From: Octopus sinensis
Taxonomy: Eukaryota
Assembly: GCF_006345805.1 (NCBI RefSeq)
Contig: NW_021827013.1
Span: 1 to 11,266, forward strand
DNA length: 11,266 nt
Direction of reading: 5' to 3'
Under the pieces are notes generated by a model. The model was not told the origin of the DNA. It saw only the letters and a list, made by a program, of their open reading frames with translations, and ran no database searches. Both the position numbers and the translations under genes were made by a program. The first letter of the stretch is position 1. Every line of letters starts with the position of its first letter. Shown piece after piece: positions 1-8,082 of this stretch.

Positions 1-300
1 ATATATATATATATACATATGTATGTATATGTATATATATACATTTTATATAATAATATTTTATATATATATATATTTCTATATATATATATGTATATCT
101 ATATATATCTACATATATATGCATATGTATATAAACACATACATATATATGTCCATGTGTATCTATATCTATATAATATACATACATATATGGATATATA
201 TCTATATATGTATGTCTATGTATGTCTATATCTATTTATCTCTGTCTCTCTCTCTATATATAAATATATATGCATATATATATATACATGTGTTTGTGTG

Positions 301-333
<33 letters not shown>

Positions 334-407
334 ATCTATGTAGAAGAGTGTGTGTGTGTGTGTATGTGTGTGTGTGTATGTGTGTGTGTGTATGTGTGTG
401 TGTGTGT
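1..407. repeat. Compound microsatellite (TA)n/(TATG)n grading into (TG)n
   Basis: Direct reading: near-continuous TA/CA/TG dinucleotides, with pure TG runs from ~290 to 407. Explains ORFs 19..459 and 23..343. Confidence 0.97.
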
Positions 408-729
408 TAATGCATTTATGTTTGCATACAGATATACATCTGTTATTTTGAAAGTATAAAATAAATTCAAAATGGGAAGAGAATATGGAGAAAAGCCTGA
501 GAGTATCAGCAAATACAGAATTTGATTAAATGAAAAATACCTTCATGAGAGACAACATCTTTCTTTCGTGGTTTTGGCATTTGTTTCTCATTTTTATGGC
601 CTGCATGCGAAAGATAGGTCGGCTTTTTTCTTGCAACCGGATGCCCTTAGTACAGACACATACACAAACACGCCAAATACATACATACACACACTCTAAA
701 CTATCAATATATAAATCTATGTTACGTGT

Positions 730-741
730 AAGTATACATAA

Positions 742-785
<44 letters not shown>

Positions 786-830
786 ATATATATTTATATC
801 TGTATATATATGTATGCATGTATGCATGTT
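730..830. repeat. (TA)n microsatellite
   Basis: Interrupted TA run seen directly. Confidence 0.9.
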
Positions 831-1202
831 TTATAATTAAATTTAAGAGCAGCGATTATGTTTATGAACTAAACAAAGAACTTTAATATAACGTAAGATA
901 TGTATTATTAAATTGTAACAATGGCTTCAAAGACCCGTGTAGATCTGGCTGTTGAATTACATCGTCTTTCTCTCTTCTTCTCACTTTTATGTTCTCTATT
1001 TCTGTCAGTCTCTTCCTGCATCACTCTGTCCTGACCCTTTCTCAGTCTCTCTCGTTACCGAATGACATTTATATAATAGGAGATGATTATTGCAAGAATT
1101 TCATCTTCACGATATTGAGTGGCACCGTTCACAGATTCCATACACATTTCATGTATAGCATTTGCATGTTGTCCGTCTCAACAACAATGGCGTTTTTATT
1201 TC

Positions 1203-1254
<52 letters not shown>

Positions 1255-1255
1255 A

Positions 1256-1309
<54 letters not shown>
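1203..1309. repeat. (TATC)n tetranucleotide microsatellite
   Basis: About 26 CTAT/TATC units with one interruption near 1251-1256. Source of the 'YLSIYLSI' ORFs. Confidence 0.97.
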
Positions 1310-1310
<1 letters not shown>

Positions 1311-1557
1311 CTCTATATCTGTCTAAATGTTTGTCTTTCTGTCTGTCTCTCTTTATCATTTCTCCCCCCTCTCTCTCTCTTTGTCTATCTATCTATCTAT
1401 ATACATACACATATATATATAAATTAGAGAAAAAACACTATTATGTAACTCAAACAATGCTAGACGTAAATCATACCACATAGAAAAAATAAAATATATG
1501 ATATATGATAAGACATTTACTTAGATCGCAATAAAGTACATAATAATAAACAGTATA

Positions 1558-1558
<1 letters not shown>

Positions 1559-1622
<64 letters not shown>

Positions 1623-1775
1623 CATATATATATATAATTAATATATATATATATGTGTGTGTATGTATATATTTATGCTTACGTATAAGTATATATATAT
1701 ACATGTGTGTGGTGTGTGTGAGTGTGTGAGTTTGTATGTGTGTGAATTTGTGTGTGTATAGTGTGGGGTGTGCGC
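1559..1775. repeat. (ATT)n followed by (TA)n/(TG)n compound microsatellite
   Basis: About 20 ATT units at 1559-1623 (one TTTT interruption), then TA and TG-rich runs. Confidence 0.95.
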
Positions 1776-1884
1776 GTACGTCCGTGAGTAAGTGTCTGCT
1801 ATGCCTCGCCAATTGCGTAATATGGTAAGTACTTCACCAGCTACACAGCACTATGTGACATATATCATCAGTATAGAAACAGAA

Positions 1885-2035
1885 TTGCCGAATACTCGAG
1901 AACTTTCCTTCACAACAGAGAAGTTCTTAGTTTAATCTCATTGCGTGGCACCAGAAACAATTTTATCTTGGCTCAGTCTCAGGATAATCCATACTTTGTG
2001 AGTAAAATCAGTCTCACGGAGTTGAGTCAAAAATG
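1885..2035 (+). mobile_element. Highly diverged CORE-like SINE (family C, same as 4009-4173 and 10372-10536)
   Basis: GTTTAATCTCATTGCGTGGCACC...CTTTGTGAGT aligns by eye to the reverse complement of 10372-10536 (ATTCAGTCCCAATGCGTGGCATC...CCCTGTGAGT). Boundaries approximate. Confidence 0.55.
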
Positions 2036-2183
2036 TCTTCTGATGGATTGTGTCTGACGCAATAGTTTTGTAAGAATTGCGTTAAGAATTGGGTTTGTAA
2101 AAAGGTTACCCATTTACAACCGAATTTGATGAATAAATAAGCACGTGATCGTATAATCAACTTCGTATATTCGAAATTGTGAA

Positions 2184-2497
2184 GGCGCATGGCTCAGTGG
2201 TTAGAGCGTCTAGCTTACGATCGTGAGGTTGTGAGTTCGAATCCCGGACCGGCTGCGTGTTGTGTTCTTGAGCAAGACACTTTATTTCACGTTGCTCCAG
2301 TTCAATCAGCTGTAGAAATGACTTGCGATATCACAGGTGCCAAGCTGTATCGGCCTTTGCTTTTCTCTTGGATAAAATCAGTGGCGTGGAGAAGGAAGGC
2401 CGGTATGCATGGCGGACTGCTGGTCTTTCATAAACAACCTTGCCCGGCCTTGTGCCTGGGAGGGTAACTTTCTAAGTGCAATCCCATAGTCAACATC
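2184..2497 (+). mobile_element. tRNA-derived SINE with CORE-like central domain (family A)
   Basis: Pol III A box TGGCTCAGTGG (2190-2200) and B box GTTCGAATCC (2235-2244). Downstream TGTGTTCTTGAGCAAGACACTT...CAGCTGTAGAAATG resembles the MIR/CORE domain. Decayed TSD TTCGAAA(TT)GTGA at 2170-2182 and 2498-2508. Confidence 0.85.
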
Positions 2498-2814
2498 TTC
2501 GAAAGTGACGGAGAAGCGTTTTATTATGCTTAACGCAAACGTAATCTTTGTTTCTTTGGTTTGTTGCAGCATTGGGTAAACGGACTAAGTTATTTTTTAA
2601 TTTCCTTCTAGTCTGTTTGTGATCCATATTTTATACTGCCCGCTTCTCGATAAAGCTGGCCCATATCTGGTTTAATGAGTATATTATTACATCTTATGCT
2701 GTAATTTATATATAAAAACATTCTTGAAAGAAGAATGACGACCTGGTCGGTTGGCTGCGAAACTCAGCAAAAAATAGTTGTACACTTTAATATCGAAAGG
2801 TTGTAATATCGAAA

Positions 2815-3088
2815 GGTGGCGAGTTGGCAGAAACGTTAGCACACCGGGCGAAATGCTTAGCGGTATTTCGTCTGCCGCTACGTTCTGAGTTCAAATTCCG
2901 CCGAGGTCGACTTTGCCTTTCATCTTTTCGGGGTCGATTTAATAAGTACCAGTTACGCACTGGGGTCGATATAATCGACTTAATCCGTTTGTCTGTCCTT
3001 GTATGTCCTCTCTGTGTTTAGCCCCTTGTGGGTAGGGAAGAAATAGGTATTTCATCTGTCTTTACGTTCTGAGTTGAAATTCCGTCGA
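2815..3088 (+). mobile_element. tRNA-derived SINE with Deu/Nin-like domain (family B)
   Basis: Head GGCGAGTTGGCAGAAACG and B box GTTCAAATTCC (2889-2899). Central GTCGACTTTGCCTTTCATCTTTTCGGGGTCGAT...AAGTACCAG resembles the Deu/Nin domain (from recall). A closely similar copy lies inverted at 7118-7334. Confidence 0.88.
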
Positions 3089-3109
3089 ATATATATATAT
3101 ATATATAAA

Positions 3110-3150
<41 letters not shown>

Positions 3151-3218
3151 TATACATATATATCTGTATATCTATCTATCTATCTATCTATCTGTCTATC
3201 TATATATATACATATACA
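3089..3218. repeat. (TA)n/(TATC)n microsatellite
   Basis: Direct reading; abuts the 3' end of the SINE. Confidence 0.92.
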
Positions 3219-3278
3219 CTTTTAGTGAGAAGGAACCAGCAAATTGTGAAAAGTGTCCCCACCTGCTTTTTCATTCCC

Positions 3279-3334
3279 GGTGCTGCAGCATGGCTACACC
3301 GTTACGGCTGAAACATAAAAAACAATAAAAAAAA
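3279..3334 (+). mobile_element. 3' tail fragment of SINE family C
   Basis: GGTGCTGCAGCATGGCTACA...GGCTGAAACATAAAA matches the reverse complement of 7800-7855 (GGTGCTCCAGCATGTCCACATTCAAATGACTGAAACAAGTAAAAG). Confidence 0.6.
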
Positions 3335-3339
3335 TACAC

Positions 3340-3550
3340 AAACAGAGACGCACACATACCCCACGCATATATATGTATGTATCTGTATATACATATATGC
3401 ATATACATATATGTATACATACTTACATACATAAATACACTAATACACATACAAACACACATATATAAGCACACAATGAGAGATAAAATGAGCAAGATGC
3501 AAGATAGATAGATAAATAGAGAGAGAGGGGATGAGAGAGAGAGAAGAGAA
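3340..3550. repeat. Compound (CA)/(TA)/(GATA)/(GA) low-complexity tract
   Basis: Direct reading. Confidence 0.85.
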
Positions 3551-4008
3551 AACAAATTTGATCGGCCATTAAACTGTAGCTTGTAAATAGATACATGCAT
3601 AGAGAAGAGATATGTTGTAAACAAATTCATTGAGAAGTTCTTTACCGCTGCTTTCCTAACGATAAATTATCTCGAGCAGACTCTCCGCCTCCTAGAAAAT
3701 CCAGCAGACCACCCATCGGTGTAACATTTCAACTGATCAGGACCGACACAAAAACACTTCGGTTTATAATGCGATTCAGTAGGCATTGTGTTGTGTAATA
3801 GTAACACTATGCGATATCTTCAAGTAGAGATAACTGTTGTTTAATGGCTGTAAAAATGTATCTCGGTTCACATAGATCTCGATCATTCCGCCACTTTTAG
3901 ATGTGATAATACGACGGTTGTAAGGAAGATACATGGGAATCAAAGTTATACACATGCGCACACACACACACTCACTCATGAAGATACACTCACATACATA
4001 TATAAATA

Positions 4009-4173
4009 TAGGCGCAGGTTTAGCTTTGTGGTAAAAAATTTGTTTCCTAACCTCACAGTTCTGTGTTGAGTAACTCAACATGTCACCGTGGACAAGTTTT
4101 TTCTTCTATAGATCTTGGCCGATCAAAGACTTGAGAGTAGATTATCTAAGCAGAAAGTGAAAGAAACCTGTCG
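4009..4173 (+). mobile_element. Diverged CORE-like SINE family C, 5' part (head + CORE up to internal microsatellite)
   Basis: Starts TAGGCGCAGG and ends GAAAGAAACCTGTCG before (TA)n. Collinear with the reverse complement of 10372-10536. Confidence 0.72.
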
Positions 4174-4272
4174 TATATATATATATATAATATTATATAT
4201 ATATATATATATATTATATTATATAAATATATATATATACATATGTTTTGTGTGTGGTGTGTGTGTTTGTGT
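4174..4272. repeat. (TA)n then (TG/TTTG)n tract
   Basis: Direct reading; lies between two SINEs. Confidence 0.9.
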
Positions 4273-4571
4273 GTTTGTTCCTTCTCGAGGCAGGCCTGGC
4301 TCATAAGGACCGGTTTCCCAGTTTTCTTGGCGTATAGCTTCCCCACCTGGACGGGACGCCGGTCCGTCGCAGGTGAGTTGCAAGATGCAGGAGGGAAGAG
4401 TGAGAGAAAGGTGTGGCGAAAGAGTCAGCAGAAGTTCATTATTACCTTCTGCCGGAGCCGCGTATAACTTAAGTGTTTTGGTCATAAACACACACATCTG
4501 AGATCTGAGATTCGAACCCGCGATTCCTCGACCGCGAGTCCGCTTCTCTAACCACTAGGCCATGTGCCTCC
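4273..4571 (-). mobile_element. tRNA-derived SINE with Meta-like central domain (family D)
   Basis: On the minus strand: A box TGGCCTAGTGG (4552-4562) and B box GGTTCGAATCT (4508-4518). CCTGCGACGGACCGGCGTCCCGTCCAGG (4346-4373) resembles the MetaSINE/V-type domain (from recall). CAAA/CA-type tail. Possible TSD ACATATGT at 4239-4246 and 4572-4579. Confidence 0.82.
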
Positions 4572-4631
4572 ACATATGTATGTGTACGTAAGCTCAAATA
4601 AAGGAAAAAAACTGAATTGCTGTTGGTTTCA

Positions 4632-4676
4632 CGTCATTTCCACCTCTGTTGTGCCGTCATTTCAACCTCTGTTGTG
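4632..4676. repeat. Two-copy 23-bp tandem repeat
   Basis: CGTCATTTCCACCTCTGTTGTG-C followed by CGTCATTTCAACCTCTGTTGTG; one mismatch. Confidence 0.9.
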
Positions 4677-6423
4677 TTAGCTGTGACCATAAAAAGCACA
4701 ACTTTCTTGTATGTGAAAGTTTTTTGCCATCTGCTAATCAGGATTCTTAGTTTATATATGAGGCATAATCTAAGTTTAGAGTTAATATATTGCAGTTCTA
4801 TATTTTAGAGATGAGAAATTATGTACGTTATTTACATTATTTACATTTGATATATTAAAGGTAATATTAATATATTACATTTAATATATTATCTTTGTCA
4901 TTAAAACTCAAACTTTATGTTACGGAACTTATACTATTGTGAATACCTTAATGCTGTTTCAAATACTGGAAACATTGACATTTGATGTAGGATTTGCAGA
5001 ATAACCTCTTAGAATGATGCAGAGCTCCGTGCCGACCAGGCTAAACACAGATGAACCACTTCAATGTGATAGGAAATATGTTTTCAGTGAACGACATGAA
5101 ACGTTTCTGGATTCCATATTTGTCAAAACCTATAATCTCAATACTCTCATCCAGGATCATATCAATTCCTCAGACCAACGCCTCCTTTTCGTTTATAATC
5201 TTTTCAGTGCTTGTGCTTTATTCTAAACCTTTTAGTCCTCTCTCCAAGTATGAGATTATCCAATGTGTGCGTGTAAGTGAGTGAGTGAATGAGTGGGTGT
5301 ATGTATATCTATATGTTTCCTATATGTGTTTCTCTTTGAAGATCTTTCTATCCGTGTCTCTATGTATGCTGAAGTGCATTTACATGAAATTATGCATGGA
5401 CGTAGACGCTGTATTTCCTTACGGTGCTCCATGTAAATTACTGTGTTAGCAGAGCCAGGATTATGACCATAAGTTTATACTTTAAACAACCTTCAATGAT
5501 GTTATGTAAAACCCTTATTTAGCTTTCGGAGTTTGCTTGCATCAACCTTAGAAACGCTAATCAGATATTCATGATTCTTCTTCTTTATTGCATAGTTCAA
5601 AATTCTTTAGAAATAATTTGCTCTTTAAGAATAATACCGTTAAATTCGATCATTTACATCATCGAGTGAAGATACATGGCACAATGGTTCGTGCTTTCCA
5701 CTCGGTATTGTAATGTCATAATTTCAGTTCCTGATCCGGATACCTTGTATCATTGATTACAGGTGGGTTGTGGGAAAGGAGCTGAAAGAATTCCAATGCC
5801 TCATCGCAACTAAATAGGTACTTTATAATAATTAACAAATGCATATAAATTTTAATCTCTCATTATTGACGGCTGACTATATATACATCTCTAATAGAAA
5901 TATATCGTTATATTATATACATATAACAATAATTTCGTAAATCTAAAAAAAATGACCATAGAATTTTAGAGTTTGGTTGTCAGAAATGTTATCAAGGTTT
6001 CCACTTAATTATCCGAATATAATTAGAACACCTATGCATTTCATTTCATTATTTCATATTCCACGGCGCTCACTTGATATTTATGAATTATTTACATTTG
6101 AAAATTTAATTTTCATTAAGAATCCACCACATGATAAAAAAATATTTACATAATTTTTTTCACTGTGTTGAGAATGGCGTCGCAGAATCAGACAAAAGAC
6201 TGTCTAATTCTATAGCAACACGAATCAATAGAAAATATAAAGTAGATGAGATAGTTTCAAATAAACAAATATTAATCGATAAATAATTCTTAGAATATGA
6301 AGCAGTAATATAAGACATATTTTTATTTCGTCTGAATTATTGTGCATTACTGAATAATAAATAACGATATTTTTTTTTCTCTATTTGCTATTTACGATGG
6401 CAGAAAGCCAGAAATTTTTAAAC

Positions 6424-7522
6424 CAGAGGCATAATATTCGGTATTCAATAGGATCCCAAGGCATGTCTGTTACTGGTTTCTACAAGTCTCCAGATTGACG
6501 AAAATGAAAGGTCTACACCGGTAGAAATCGAACACCACGTGTAGTATCGTAAAGTAATATAGTTCAGTTTGGTTTCTTGTTCCAGTTTCACCAACCTCTC
6601 CTGTTTCCGTGATTCTTACATTAGGACACTGAAATGTCTTTGGGAGAAAAAAAGTTCTATAATATAATTGACCTCGTTCATAATTAAAAGAAAAAAATCT
6701 TGACCCTAAAAAGACATATAGTCAATAACCCGGTTCTTCAACATTCCTCCTGATCAGGACAATGGTCGGTGACAAGGACCATGGTCAGCATACTTTAGTG
6801 GGGAAGGCATAAGTCGATTACATCGGCACCAGCACAGAGGCATAATATTCTGTATTCAATAGGATCCCAACGCATGTCTGTTACTGGTTTCTACAAGTCT
6901 CCAGATTAACGAAAATAATAGGTCTACACCGGTAGAAATCGAACACCACCTGTAGTATCGTAAAGTAATATAACTCAGTTTGGTTTCTTGTTCCAATTTT
7001 ACCAACCATTCCTGTTTCCTGGGAGAAAAAAAGTTGTATAATACAATTGACCTCGTTCATAATTAAAAGAAACAAAGTTGTATAGTATAATATAATTCAA
7101 AAAGTTGTATAATATATATTTCTTTACTACCCACAGAGGGGACAAACAAGGACAGACAAACTGATTAAATCGATTATATCGACCCCAGTGCGTAAATGGT
7201 ACTTAATTTATCGACCCCGAAAGGATGAAAGGCAAAGTCGACCTCGGCGGAATTTGAACACAGAACGTAACGGCAGACGAAATACGGCTACGCATATCGC
7301 CCGGCGTGCTGACGACTCTGCTAGCTCGCCGCCTTTGTATAATATAATATAAGTTGTATAATATAATATAATTAAAAGAAACAAATCGTAACCCTAAAGA
7401 GACATATAGTCAATAACCCGGTTTCCTCAACATTCCTCCTCATCGGGACAAAAATCCGTGGCAAGGGCCATGGTCAACATTTTTTTAGTGAGGAATGCAT
7501 AAGTCGATTACATCGGCACCAG
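6424..7522. repeat. Local tandem duplication of a ~410 bp unit (copy 1 6424-6832; copy 2 6835-7522 including insertions)
   Basis: Both copies start CAGAGGCATAATATTC and end GTCGATTACATCGGCACCAG. About 12 mismatches over the first 185 bp by hand count. Copy 2 lacks 6609-6640 and carries a SINE. Confidence 0.95.
7118..7334 (-). mobile_element. SINE family B, relatively young copy with 12-bp TSD
   Basis: Its reverse complement matches 2815-3050. Flanked by TTGTATAATATA at 7105-7116 and 7335-7346. Confidence 0.9.
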
Positions 7523-7668
7523 TATTCAACTGGTACTTACTTCATTGTCCTTCAAAGGATCAGAACCAAAGTTGACCTCGCTGGAATCTGAGATCAGATT
7601 AGAGAACTGGAAGAAAAAACTGCTGAGAATTTTGTCCGGCATGCTGACGTTTCTTCCAGTATCGTTTT
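7480..7668 (-). mobile_element. Old, diverged SINE family B copy
   Basis: GTCGATTACATCGGCACCAG...CTGGTACTTA...AAAGGAT...AAAGTTGACCTCGCTGGAAT...CCGGCATGCTGACG is collinear with 7165-7330. Confidence 0.75.
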
Positions 7669-7680
7669 ATAAAATTGTAA

Positions 7681-7770
7681 GTACTGGGGTCGATTTCATA
7701 CAAAAACTTCCCTAAAAGAGATGCCCCGGCATGGCCGTGGGCCAATATATGATGTAAGTAATAAAAAAGG
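7681..7770 (+). mobile_element. 3' tail fragment of SINE (family C-like), tail-to-tail with the next element
   Basis: GTACTGGGGTCGATTT...GATGCCCCGGCATGGCCG...AAGTAATAAAAAAG is homologous to the reverse complement of 7800-7880. Confidence 0.62.
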
Positions 7771-7790
7771 GAGAATATGTGTCTCTTATA

Positions 7791-8008
7791 TACTCTTTAC
7801 TCTTTTACTCTTTTACTTGTTTCAGTCATTTGAATGTGGACATGCTGGAGCACCGTCTTTAGTCGAGCAAATCGACCCCATGACTTATTCTTTGCGAGCC
7901 TAGTACTTATTCTATCGGTCTCTTTAGCCGAACCCCTAAGTTACGGGGACGTAAACACAACAGTATCGGTTGTCAAACGATGTTGTTGAGAGAAACACAG
8001 ACACACAA

Positions 8009-8041
<33 letters not shown>

Positions 8042-8082
8042 CATATATACGTCAGGCTTCTTTCCGTTTCCGTCCACCAAAT
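7791..8082 (-). mobile_element. SINE family C, 3' part with internal (CA)/(TA) microsatellite; 5'-truncated
   Basis: Minus strand ends ...GGGGTCGATTTGCTCGACTAAAGACGGTGCTCCAGCATG...GAAACAAGTAAAAGAGTAAAAGAGTAAAGAGTA (tandem tail). Segment 8050-8082 overlaps the 10372-10407 part of the other copy and breaks at CCACCAAAT where the GAT block starts. Confidence 0.82.

Noticed and set aside
19-1812. ORFs rich in Y/I/C/V/H/T/L/S (also 3074-3630, 4115-4497, 9218-10652)
   Set aside because: Translations of (TA)n, (TG)n, (TATC)n and (ATT)n microsatellites, which lack stops in some frames. No domain content.
2184-2255. tRNA gene (likewise 4500-4571 and 2815-2900)
   Set aside because: A and B boxes are present, but there is no complete cloverleaf, acceptor stem or oligo-T terminator. 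Each continues into a SINE body.
2571-2583. LGKR neuropeptide-type amidation/cleavage motif in one frame
   Set aside because: Single occurrence with no repeated peptide units or precursor ORF; expected by chance.
2189-3021. ORFs 2189..2467, 2378..2572 and 2824..3021
   Set aside because: They lie within or largely overlap SINE sequence and are incidental.
5014-5284. Two overlapping 70-77 aa plus ORFs as protein-coding
   Set aside because: No recognisable motif, and the length is compatible with chance. Only the splice-signal cluster at the end was kept as a finding.
5671-5740. Very old SINE head (GATACATGGCACAATGGTT...)
   Set aside because: Resembles the family-A head, but the B box and body are too decayed to support a call.
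6424-7522. CRISPR array or satellite
   Set aside because: Only two long diverged units, no repeat-spacer periodicity, no cas genes, eukaryotic context.
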